The translations under genes and the position numbers were made by a program. Under the pieces are notes generated by a model. The model did no database searches. It had not been told where the DNA came from and saw only the letters and a list, made by a program, of their open reading frames with translations. 17,466 bases of DNA from the UHGV virus genome UHGV-0282409, one strand, 5' to 3'. The DNA is from a virus. The stretch's first letter is position 1; each line of letters starts with the position of its first letter. Positions 1 to 7,736 of the stretch are shown here, one piece after another.

Positions 1-456
1 AAGGTTCTGACCGTTGCGCCACCAGTCATCCTCGCGATGAAAATCCGGCATTTCAGTCCCCGCCAGATGATAAGCATCCCGGAACAGCGTGTAACAGTCC
101 GTCACCCCGTGCTCAAAGCGCCGTCCTGTCAGATGTGGCACACAGCGGAATTTGTGAATGTCACCCCGGCAGACCAGCCACCAGGGCAGTGCGCTTTTTA
201 TCTGCAGCCGCCGGTCAGCCTCGCTCAGCCAGGGCAGCCCACCGGGATGACTGTGGACCAGTGCCACAATCTCCCCCTGCATCTCTGCCCGCAGCCAGTC
301 TTCCGGTGCGATACGAAAATACGCCTCCGGCTCTGCAGAAATATTCACACAAGGGATATACCACTCCCCCTCCGACGTGCTTATCACGAAGCCGCACGAC
401 TCCGCAGGCGCACACCGCCGGGCATGCGCCAGAATCGCTGATTCAGTCTGTGTCAT
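1..456 (-). CDS. K: tail assembly protein K (lambda gpK-like), 3' end cut by window start
   Basis: Minus-strand ATG at 454-456; frame stays open to position 1 (152 codons, no stop). Translation starts MTQTESAILAHARRCAPAESCGFV..., matching my recollection of lambda gpK. Lies directly downstream of L, as in lambda (H-M-L-K). Confidence 0.85.
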   Translation of the reverse strand, partial: MTQTESAILAHARRCAPAESCGFVISTSEGEWYIPCVNISAEPEAYFRIAPEDWLRAEMQGEIVALVHSHPGGLPWLSEADRRLQIKSALPWWLVCRGDIHKFRCVPHLTGRRFEHGVTDCYTLFRDAYHLAGTEMPDFHREDDWWRNGQNL

Positions 457-466
457 AAACCGGGAT

Positions 467-1165
467 TTACTGCGAAAGTTTATTAATGGAAAGGAAACCG
501 CCAAAATTGCCGACATTCCTGCGCAGTTCACACCCGCGCATGCACTTGCTGCATCTGTCCTTACGGATATCCGTGGTGGGGTTGTCGAACTCATCCGCCA
601 CCGCAGGACCGTTATACCCGCATTCATCTCCCCGGTAATCCCACATACAGGTGTTCGCCAGCATGATGCGACCGGGAAACAGCGCCCCATCCGTCTCGGT
701 CGGTGTAGCCAGCACAAACGAGGCCGTCATGGCTGTCAGCTGCGACATCTGCTCCACCACCCAGCGGTCACTCAGCTCCTGCTCCGGGTCCGCCTCCGGA
801 TTGCCCGCAACGAAATTCACCGCATCCAGAAAACGGGCATACACCCGGCGGCGGACCACCGTGGCCCCCACCAGACTCTGCAGGTCTTCCGCCATCCCGG
901 TGACCAGACCGAACAGATTGGACACCGTCAGCGACGGTCTGGCACTGCTGCCCTTCCCGCTCATCTCAAAACCGCTGCCGTCAATCGGGTATGCCTGATA
1001 TTGCCGCCCCTGCCAGGTGACCGGCTCCCCTTTTTCATTCAGCTCATTACAGAAAAAATACCGCTCACCGCCCTGTACCGTCAGGTCGATTTCCCAGAGT
1101 ACCACCCGCGGTGACTGCTCTGACTTAACCGACTCGTTCAGACTTTCTTCGCGAATATCCTGCAT
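467..1165 (-). CDS. L: minor tail protein L (lambda gpL-like)
   Basis: 232 aa, MQDIREESLNE...RIMLANTCMWDYRGDECGYNGPAVADEFD...NVGNFGGFLSINKLSQ, near-collinear with my recollection of lambda gpL including the Cys-rich C-terminus. Its start overlaps the M stop by 1 nt (TGATG on the minus strand). Confidence 0.9.
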   Translation of the reverse strand: MQDIREESLNESVKSEQSPRVVLWEIDLTVQGGERYFFCNELNEKGEPVTWQGRQYQAYPIDGSGFEMSGKGSSARPSLTVSNLFGLVTGMAEDLQSLVGATVVRRRVYARFLDAVNFVAGNPEADPEQELSDRWVVEQMSQLTAMTASFVLATPTETDGALFPGRIMLANTCMWDYRGDECGYNGPAVADEFDNPTTDIRKDRCSKCMRGCELRRNVGNFGGFLSINKLSQ

Positions 1166-1506
1166 CAGTTCACCACCTGCTCAATCGTACAACTGAAATC
1201 ACTGTGCCTGGCGTTATCTGTGACGCTCCACTCCCGGCACACCACCCTCACCGTCAGGTTATGTTTCGGCGGTCGCCACAAAAAGGCACGGTAACCACCA
1301 TGCCACGATAAAAATTCATCCAGCCAGCGCCGGGTTGGTTCATCCGTCACCCGGAACACCGCCTGAAACGTCTTCAGTCTGGCATTAAGTCCCGTCGGTC
1401 GGCGCTGTTCATAACCGTCACCAAACCGAACCCTCACCACCGACGGTTTCTCACTCACCTGCATCCCTTCACGCGGGACCAGATGCAGCGTTTTTATCTC
1501 AGCCAC
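1165..1506 (-). CDS. M: minor tail protein M (lambda gpM-like)
   Basis: 113 aa with VRFGDGYEQR...GLNA.LKT...FLWRPP...EQVVN, resembling lambda gpM. Start overlaps the tape-measure stop by 8 nt; sits between H and L. Confidence 0.85.
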   Translation of the reverse strand: MAEIKTLHLVPREGMQVSEKPSVVRVRFGDGYEQRRPTGLNARLKTFQAVFRVTDEPTRRWLDEFLSWHGGYRAFLWRPPKHNLTVRVVCREWSVTDNARHSDFSCTIEQVVN

Positions 1507-4500
1507 TCAGCATTCCTCCGTCACGTCGCATGGACAGCATCACCGCCTGCACCCGCTGGTCAATCAGCTGCACAAGACTGCCTGCCGCCTCCGCCCCTAT
1601 CTGTCCGTTAGCCCCGTCATTCTGAATGGCGATGTGGTAGACCGGGGAATACACCAGACCGGCACTGCCGTTCATACTGCCCACCGCGCGTACGCCCAGC
1701 GAGCCATCCGCCGCCCGGGTCAGGGGCATAATGGCTTCAGGTCCGGCTTCCCCCATCAGCCCGGCCCCTTTTGCAAACGCAAAGTACGTGGGCGTGTCCA
1801 CAATGCTGTTGCTGTACGCACTCAGGTTTGCCGAGGTATACACGCCGCCTTTTGCATTGGCCACCGCACCGCCCAGCCAGTCACCAATGCTGCCAATAAA
1901 TCCTCCCGCACCGGACATACCGTTTGCCGCCGTCTTAATTCCGTTGACAATCGCAGCATTCATAAGAACTTTTGAGATTTCCTGCAGTACGGATGAGGCC
2001 CAGTTGCGCCATTCCACTTTGTTTCCGTTCAGCATCTCCGTGATGTTATTCACCATCCCTGAGATACCCTCCGTCGCAAGCTGTGCTGCCTGTGAGGCGT
2101 AATCGGATGCATTGTCCACCCAGTTACTGAGCCCCTCCTGCAAGCCTTTCTGCCAGTCCGCACGCTGCGCATCCGATTCGGCATAAAAGGCTGCCTGGTC
2201 CTTAAGGCGTTCGCTCAGATACTGCGCGTTCTGTGCCCGTGCCTGTCTGTAAAAATCCTCACTGATATCCCCGGTCTGATACTGAGACTGAAGGTCCGCA
2301 TCCTTCTGGCGGAAGCTGTCACGGATCTGCTGCAACTCCCGCATGCGTTCCCTGGCTCGTTCTCCCTGCCCGTATCCCAGCAGTTCGGCTTCATTTGATG
2401 CACGCGCAGCCACATTATCATTCTTCAGGGTCTCTTCCCGGGATCGCAACTGTTCCCGGATTTTTTGCTGGTCAATCAGGGCCGCGTTACGCAGCAGTTC
2501 CTGCTTCTGCATCTCCGTCAGGGTTTTCAGTTCGCCCTGCGCAGTCTGGTACTTCAGCTTCGCCAGCTCTGTATTCTGACCCGCCAGTGCCAGTTGCTCT
2601 TTCTGCTGCTTCAGTAGCCGGGAAAAACTGTCTTCCGCTTTTTCCGTCTCTGATTTTCCACCCCGGGATTTAGGTTTGTTCGCCTCGTTATTACGCCAGG
2701 CTTCCAGAGCATTACTGATATAACGCTGTCTCGCCTCCTGATACGAATCCCCCACAAAACCAAGGTCATCCGCCGCATACCCCAGCCGGGCACGCTCTTT
2801 TTCCTCCCCCTTCAGTCGGGACAGGGCCAGCTCACGTTCTGTTTTTGTCAGGGCGCTCTGCTGTTTATCATCCAGGGTGGCCTGCGGCAGCCGTAACGGT
2901 ACATTCACCAGTCCCTGACGCTGCTGAAGCAGTTCATTCCCCAGCCCCAGCAGACGGTTGAATTCCGTATGCTGACCGTTCATAACCAGCATGGACTGGT
3001 ACACCTTATTCTGCTCTGCCGCCTGCTGACGAATTAACGCCACACGACGGTCTTCCAGCCCGGCAAGCACATCCTGAATGGACTGCGCTTTTTCCTGCAT
3101 CTGTGCCAGACGGGACTGCTCAACGGCAAGCTGCTCTGTTGCCTGAGAAAGCCCTTCCGTCACGGTCTTCACCGATGTCAGATGGTTTATCATGAATCCG
3201 TCACCGGTTGTCCAGCCAGGGTTAGCCAGAACATACTGATATCCAGCGATTTTTTCCTGCAGGGATTTCACCCGGCTGGCCTGTTCATCAATCAGCCGGT
3301 TCTGCTCTGCCAGCGCCGCCCGTGTTCGTCCTTCATTATCTGAGGCTTCAGGCAAAGACATTGACGGCGTTTTATGCGCGATTTCATCTATCGTCAGTGC
3401 ATACTGGCGCGCTGACTCCCTGGCCTGCTCCTGATTCTGGTACAGCGTATACCATGCTGCTGCCCCCAGCATCACCAGTCCGGGTACGCCACCAACCAGT
3501 CCCAACGCACCAGTCATCAGACGTGAGCCCACCGCCGTTGTACTGTTCAGCTCATTCTGGGCTGCGGTTCTGGCAGCAATATTTCTGTTCAGGCGTTCCT
3601 GTGTGGCCGCCAGACGGGCTTCTGCAGCAATCTGCATCTCCGTCCCGCGGGCTGCCGCCACAGCCTGCTGTGCACGGTACACGGCTGCCCTTGCCCGCGC
3701 CGTGGCAATCTGCGTCCCCCTGAGCTGTGCTTCCGCCAGTGCCACTTCATTACGTGCTGCCGTCACAAGTCCTGCCGTGGCAGACACCGCTCCGGAGGCC
3801 ATATTGCCAAAGTACCGGGCAACCCCGACGGCAACCAGCGCCCCCGCGGCTGTTGCCACATTATCAATATTACCGGCAACACCGTTCAGCACGCCGGAGA
3901 GCGTTTTCGTCGCTCCGCTGGCTTCATTCGCGCCACCCACCCAGGCCATAAAGGCGTTTTCCACCTTTGTGATCCCGTCAGAGACCGTTTCCGGCATGGC
4001 GGCATATTCATCACGCAATACCCCCAGCTGGCTGATTAACGCAGGAACGACTTTATCCGCCGTCAGTTTGCCGTCGTCCGCCATCGCCTTAAGGTCTTTA
4101 CGGGCCACGCCCATACCCGCAGCCAGTGCACGTACGATCCGGTCTCCGCTTTCATTGACCGAATTAAATTCCTCACCGCGTAACACACCCTGTGCCAGCG
4201 CCTGGCTGAACTGGGTGATCACCGAGCCCGCCTCTGCCGTACTGGCACCGGAGATTTTCAGCCCCGTGGAAATGGCCTCCGTCACCTTCAGCACATCATC
4301 AGCACTGTAACCATATTCACGCATTGAGGCTGCCGAGCGGGCAAACAGGGCCGCATTATCTGAAAATGCCGTGCCCGTCCGCTGGCTGATATCCATCAGC
4401 ACTTTCTGTGATGACGAAAATTCATCGGATGACTGCGACGCCTGTTTCAGTCGGGCATTCACGGAACTCCATTCATCGGCCAGAGAAATCAGGTGTCCGG

Positions 4501-4741
4501 TGGCAAAGGCACCTGCAAATGCCCCCGCCGTTCCGGCAGCTGAAGCGCGGATTTCCGTCAACTGGCTGTTCAGCTCAGCCAGGGCGCGTCGCTGCACCCG
4601 GGCGACTGCGGCAGCCTGACGCCCGCCATTCTGCAGGGTCCGGTAATATTCACTGCCCATGCGGGAAGCCCGCTGGATCTCCGACTGGAATGACTGCGAA
4701 TTTGCCGAAATTTTGATAATCAGTTCACGTAACGTCGCCAT
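1499..4741 (-). CDS. H: tail tape measure protein (lambda gpH-like)
   Basis: 1080-aa ORF with typical tape-measure composition (Ala/Gln-rich helical N-terminal half, internal hydrophobic Gly/Ala-rich stretch) and a lambda-H-like C-terminal motif ...FAKGAGLMGEAGPEAIMPLTRAADGSLGV.... ATG at 4739-4741 preceded by GGAGAAAGG. Position between G-T and M. Confidence 0.9.
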   Translation of the reverse strand: MATLRELIIKISANSQSFQSEIQRASRMGSEYYRTLQNGGRQAAAVARVQRRALAELNSQLTEIRASAAGTAGAFAGAFATGHLISLADEWSSVNARLKQASQSSDEFSSSQKVLMDISQRTGTAFSDNAALFARSAASMREYGYSADDVLKVTEAISTGLKISGASTAEAGSVITQFSQALAQGVLRGEEFNSVNESGDRIVRALAAGMGVARKDLKAMADDGKLTADKVVPALISQLGVLRDEYAAMPETVSDGITKVENAFMAWVGGANEASGATKTLSGVLNGVAGNIDNVATAAGALVAVGVARYFGNMASGAVSATAGLVTAARNEVALAEAQLRGTQIATARARAAVYRAQQAVAAARGTEMQIAAEARLAATQERLNRNIAARTAAQNELNSTTAVGSRLMTGALGLVGGVPGLVMLGAAAWYTLYQNQEQARESARQYALTIDEIAHKTPSMSLPEASDNEGRTRAALAEQNRLIDEQASRVKSLQEKIAGYQYVLANPGWTTGDGFMINHLTSVKTVTEGLSQATEQLAVEQSRLAQMQEKAQSIQDVLAGLEDRRVALIRQQAAEQNKVYQSMLVMNGQHTEFNRLLGLGNELLQQRQGLVNVPLRLPQATLDDKQQSALTKTERELALSRLKGEEKERARLGYAADDLGFVGDSYQEARQRYISNALEAWRNNEANKPKSRGGKSETEKAEDSFSRLLKQQKEQLALAGQNTELAKLKYQTAQGELKTLTEMQKQELLRNAALIDQQKIREQLRSREETLKNDNVAARASNEAELLGYGQGERARERMRELQQIRDSFRQKDADLQSQYQTGDISEDFYRQARAQNAQYLSERLKDQAAFYAESDAQRADWQKGLQEGLSNWVDNASDYASQAAQLATEGISGMVNNITEMLNGNKVEWRNWASSVLQEISKVLMNAAIVNGIKTAANGMSGAGGFIGSIGDWLGGAVANAKGGVYTSANLSAYSNSIVDTPTYFAFAKGAGLMGEAGPEAIMPLTRAADGSLGVRAVGSMNGSAGLVYSPVYHIAIQNDGANGQIGAEAAGSLVQLIDQRVQAVMLSMRRDGGMLSG

Positions 4742-4759
4742 TCACCTTTCTCCGGGCGT

Positions 4760-4780
4760 AAAAAAACCGCCTCAGCGGTT
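4760..4780 (-). terminator. intrinsic-terminator-like hairpin plus U-tract between T and H
   Basis: Minus-strand RNA would read AACCGC-UGAG-GCGG followed by seven U; plus-strand stem arms 4765-4770 and 4775-4780, A-run 4760-4766. Short stem (4 GC + 2 AU), so likely weak. Confidence 0.4.
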
Positions 4781-4788
4781 CTCATCAT

Positions 4789-5468
4789 TCATGACTGTGC
4801 TGCGAAGCTCAGCGCGTCTTCCAGCGCCGCAAACGGATCCACCTCCGGCTTATCCTCATCCTCGCCCCAGCAGAGCATGGCGTCCTTCAGTGCAACATTC
4901 ATCCCCTGTGCCCCAAAAACCGCTTTCACGATCTGTGCATTACGGATATCCCCGCGCTCATCACCCAGCGGGGATACCCTGTCGAACTCCATCCACATCA
5001 TCGCCTCGCTCACACTCAGGCTGTGCCGCAGTTCGGATAAGGTGCGCCCCAGACGGAGCGCAAGTCGCATCAGAAAGCGAATTTCCGGGCGGGCTACTTT
5101 TTTCTGGCCGACTCTGCATCAGCGATCAGTTCCAGTGCCTGACGCAGCAACCGGGCATGTACCGGACCATAGACGGCCAGCACCTGCTCACGGTCGTCCG
5201 GAGCGAACACCCGCTGCAGATCCGTATCACACAGGACATCGCAGAACAGCGTCACATCCGCTTCTAGGTTACGGCGGGTTTTCGCCACCACCGACAGGGT
5301 ATCGTCATCCTCTCCATCACCATTGAGCACTTCCTGCCACAGATACCAGGCCTCTGCCGAAGGCTCCCGCAGCACCACGCTGACATTACCCCATTCCGGC
5401 ACCTTCACCGTTTTATGACGAAACCCTGACAGTCTGGCCAGCGCCAGCGTTTTCAGATCCTTTTTCAT
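4789..5468 (-). CDS. tail assembly chaperone G-T fusion (programmed -1 frameshift; T segment is ORF 4789..5070)
   Basis: ORF 4789..5070 lies in the -1 frame relative to G and is open upstream through the G stop. A slip at A AAA AAG gives ...SARKK then VARPEIRFLMRLALRLGRT..., continuous with the listed 93-aa ORF. Same arrangement as lambda G/G-T. Confidence 0.7.
5094..5468 (-). CDS. G: tail assembly chaperone G (gpG-like)
   Basis: The listed ORF 5094..5516 begins upstream of the V stop; the likely start is the in-frame ATG at 5466-5468 (MKKDLKTLALARL...), 14 nt after the V stop and preceded by AAGGGGA. About 124 aa, acidic, between major tail and tape measure. Ends ...AESARKK-TAG. Confidence 0.75.
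   Translation of the reverse strand: MKKDLKTLALARLSGFRHKTVKVPEWGNVSVVLREPSAEAWYLWQEVLNGDGEDDDTLSVVAKTRRNLEADVTLFCDVLCDTDLQRVFAPDDREQVLAVYGPVHARLLRQALELIADAESARKK
5097..5103 (-). other. -1 frameshift slippery heptamer A AAA AAG at the 3' end of G
   Basis: Plus strand 5097-5105 is cttttttct, i.e. minus-strand AGA AAA AAG immediately before the G stop TAG (5094-5096). X XXY YYZ heptamer of the dnaX type. Confidence 0.7.
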
Positions 5469-5482
5469 GATGACCCATCCCC

Positions 5483-6199
5483 TTATCCGGCGGCTGCGCT
5501 CACTGTCACGGTGCATTCAACAGACGTCACACTCTGTGCTTTCTCTGCCGAATCGGTCACCACGCAGGTATATTTCCCCGCATCAGCGGACTGCGCACCT
5601 GGCTTACTGAAGGTGTCTGTCGTCTGCCCGTCAACCGGCTGACCATCCTTCTTCCAGGCGTATTTATACGGCGGCGTTCCCCCGTTGGCACTGACTGACA
5701 TTGTCAGCAGCGCACCTGTATTCACGGTAAGTGTTTTATCCAGATTTTTCACAAACGCCAGCGGTACCACAAAGGACACCGGTTTGCCTTTCATACGCAG
5801 TGAAAACGTTGCTGCCACCACGCCGTTGGTACCGGATGACCAGGTGTGCTGACGCACTTCCGCCAGGAACTTAAAGCCCTTACCGGACGGAAACAGCACC
5901 TTAAACGCATACAACGCGTCATTGTCATAGGCATCACGCAGGGCGTTCTGGGCCTGATTCAGATAAAAATTACCCGACATGGAAATCTCAGACGACGCCC
6001 CCAGACCGTTGATGTTCTCCTGCTCGGTGGAGCAGAGCGTGGTCACATCAATATCCTGTTTCTGACCAGCGGTGAACTGGACTTCCTTGATGGTGCAGTC
6101 CAGGCGCAGATATTCCGCCTTATCCATAGTTTCAGCAGTCGCCGGGGCAGATGAAATCATCACCTGCGTCAGCTGTGAGCGTTCATACAAAGCAGACAT
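5483..6199 (-). CDS. major tail (tube) protein with C-terminal Ig-like domain
   Basis: 238 aa; ATG 6197-6199 with AGGAGG 5 nt upstream. C-terminal ~80 aa show an Ig-like pattern (PPYKYAWKKDG...AGKYTCVVTDSA). Sits in the lambda V position between tail terminator and G. Not close to lambda V at the sequence level from memory. Confidence 0.75.
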   Translation of the reverse strand: MSALYERSQLTQVMISSAPATAETMDKAEYLRLDCTIKEVQFTAGQKQDIDVTTLCSTEQENINGLGASSEISMSGNFYLNQAQNALRDAYDNDALYAFKVLFPSGKGFKFLAEVRQHTWSSGTNGVVAATFSLRMKGKPVSFVVPLAFVKNLDKTLTVNTGALLTMSVSANGGTPPYKYAWKKDGQPVDGQTTDTFSKPGAQSADAGKYTCVVTDSAEKAQSVTSVECTVTVSAAAG

Positions 6200-6215
6200 T
6201 CTGCCTCCTGATAAT

Positions 6216-6236
6216 AAAAAACCCGCACGCGGCGGG
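6216..6236 (-). terminator. intrinsic-terminator-like hairpin plus U-tract upstream of the major tail gene
   Basis: Minus-strand RNA: CCCGC-CGCGU-GCGGG followed by six U, then AUUAUCAGGAGGCAGA-AUG (V start). Five GC pairs, 5-nt loop. Confidence 0.45.
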
Positions 6237-6265
6237 GTATGGGTTTTGTAGAAAAAAAGAAAAAG

Positions 6266-6610
6266 TCACACCGTGACCTGAAACTCCAGGGTTGCACGGT
6301 AACAGCGGTTTTCCGGAATATAGTCCTGCATTTCACTGACGGATCCCGGGGCCAGCAGCATTATGGCTTCACGGGCGTCCTGACGTATCTGACGCGCCTG
6401 CGTCACAGTCCCGGCATAAACGTCTATCTGCACCGACACTGAGGACTCCGCCTGCCCGCCCATCACGTCCGCAGACACCGATGAAATCAGGCTGAAAACC
6501 ACCCACGGAAGCGCCACCGACGGCCTGCCATCCAGCAGGGGGACCACATACGGGTACACCTGCCCGCCGGCAAGATGCGCCAGATGAGGATACAAATCCG
6601 CCTCCGTCAT
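6266..6610 (-). CDS. tail terminator / tail attachment protein (gpU or HK97 gp11-like)
   Basis: 114 aa, directly upstream of the major tail gene; stop/start overlap with the gp10-like gene. Assignment is by position and size; sequence is only loosely reminiscent of the DUF3168 tail terminator family. Confidence 0.5.
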   Translation of the reverse strand: MTEADLYPHLAHLAGGQVYPYVVPLLDGRPSVALPWVVFSLISSVSADVMGGQAESSVSVQIDVYAGTVTQARQIRQDAREAIMLLAPGSVSEMQDYIPENRCYRATLEFQVTV

Positions 6611-7053
6611 CGTCTCAGTACCTCATCAATGGCCCGGTTCATCCGCGCAATCGCCACCTGAGCTGCCTGTTCACTGCGCACATCAAACGCCGGGCGCACA
6701 AACGGGTGCGGTGGCATATTCACGGTCCCCATTTCCACAAACCGCCAGTAGAAAGCATTGCGCGGGTTATCCGCCTTCATGGTGTTATCGCTGTTACCGG
6801 TGTCCGGATTAACACCACGGATATGGACACCGGATTCCATCCCGCCATCGCGGGAGCGCCGGGAAAGGACCACCACATTGCGGCGCAGTTTTCCCCTGCG
6901 TACCGGTGCCCGTGACACCACTTCTTCTTTCAGCACATTCGCACCCGCACGGGTTGCCTCACGCAGCACCCGGTTATTTTCCGCACCACTCAGAAGCTGC
7001 AAATCGCGGCTGATGTCCTCCAGCCCCGAAAAATCCAGCAGGGTTTCGATCAT
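6607..7053 (-). CDS. HK97 gp10-family tail completion protein
   Basis: 148 aa containing ...NAFYWRFVEMGTVNMPPHPFVRPAFD..., which matches the conserved core of the HK97 gp10 family as I recall it. 4-nt overlaps with both neighbours. Confidence 0.7.
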   Translation of the reverse strand: MIETLLDFSGLEDISRDLQLLSGAENNRVLREATRAGANVLKEEVVSRAPVRRGKLRRNVVVLSRRSRDGGMESGVHIRGVNPDTGNSDNTMKADNPRNAFYWRFVEMGTVNMPPHPFVRPAFDVRSEQAAQVAIARMNRAIDEVLRR

Positions 7054-7400
7054 TTTTCCCCTCCCAGCCGACAGAGAATTTCCAGACGCCCGCCGGTCGC
7101 ATCCGGCACGGGCAGCCCGACAACGTTCAGGATCCGGTCACGCCATGGACCACTCAGCACATGAAGTCGTGACGCTGCCGTGATTTCCCGACCGGACTGA
7201 CCGCGCACCCAGATGCGGATTTCCGCCTGCGCCATTTCCGCACCGGACTGCATCCGCTCCCGGCTGCTCCTGCCTCGGATATCCGCATGAATTTTCCCGC
7301 ATGACACCCATTCTTCCGTCATTTCTCCGGCAGCGTTACGGGTTAACACCGGGTTCAGAACACTTATCATCTGTGTCAGACGACCTGCAGATATTGCCAT
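7050..7400 (-). CDS. head closure / head-tail adaptor protein (HK97 gp7-like)
   Basis: 116 aa between the gp6-like connector and the gp10-like gene; contains ...AEIRIWVRGQSG..., reminiscent of head-tail adaptor proteins. Confidence 0.6.
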   Translation of the reverse strand: MAISAGRLTQMISVLNPVLTRNAAGEMTEEWVSCGKIHADIRGRSSRERMQSGAEMAQAEIRIWVRGQSGREITAASRLHVLSGPWRDRILNVVGLPVPDATGGRLEILCRLGGEK

Positions 7401-7409
7401 TCCCCCTCC

Positions 7410-7736
7410 TCATAACACCGTCGGACAACGCAAATCGTAAATCAGCACGGAAACAGAAAACGGCAGCTCCCCCTGAAGCAGTTCTTCCCGCTCCGCAAGA
7501 TCCGGATTCCGGTACAGCATCCCGGTCAGTCGCATGGCAGCCCCCTTCATCCGGGTTAATGCCTCGCCCGGGATCAGTTCACCGTCCTCACGGATCACTT
7601 TATCCCGGCTGCCCTGAATGTAGGCCAGCAGCACGGCGGTAGCCTGACGAACCTTGTCCATCAGCATGTCATCATCCGCGTCATGGTCGACACGCAGATG
7701 TGCCTTGATCTCTTCCAGTGTCAGTAATGCCGTCAT
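7410..7736 (-). CDS. head-tail connector protein (HK97 gp6-like)
   Basis: 108 aa starting MTALLTLEEIKAHLRVDHDADDDMLMDKV..., the typical N-terminus of gp6-like connector proteins. Its ATG overlaps the portal stop (ATGA). Confidence 0.75.
   Translation of the reverse strand: MTALLTLEEIKAHLRVDHDADDDMLMDKVRQATAVLLAYIQGSRDKVIREDGELIPGEALTRMKGAAMRLTGMLYRNPDLAEREELLQGELPFSVSVLIYDLRCPTVL

Noticed and set aside
377-1114. 245-aa plus-strand ORF (GTG start) and neighbouring plus-strand ORFs 37..441 and 651..998
   Set aside because: Antisense to the well-supported K and L genes; Arg/His/Pro-rich low-complexity translation typical of the reverse strand of GC-rich coding DNA; no RBS.
3603-4310. 235-aa plus-strand ORF and other plus-strand ORFs inside 1499..4741
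   Set aside because: Lie entirely antisense to the tape-measure gene; Ala/Ser/Pro-rich reverse-frame artefacts.
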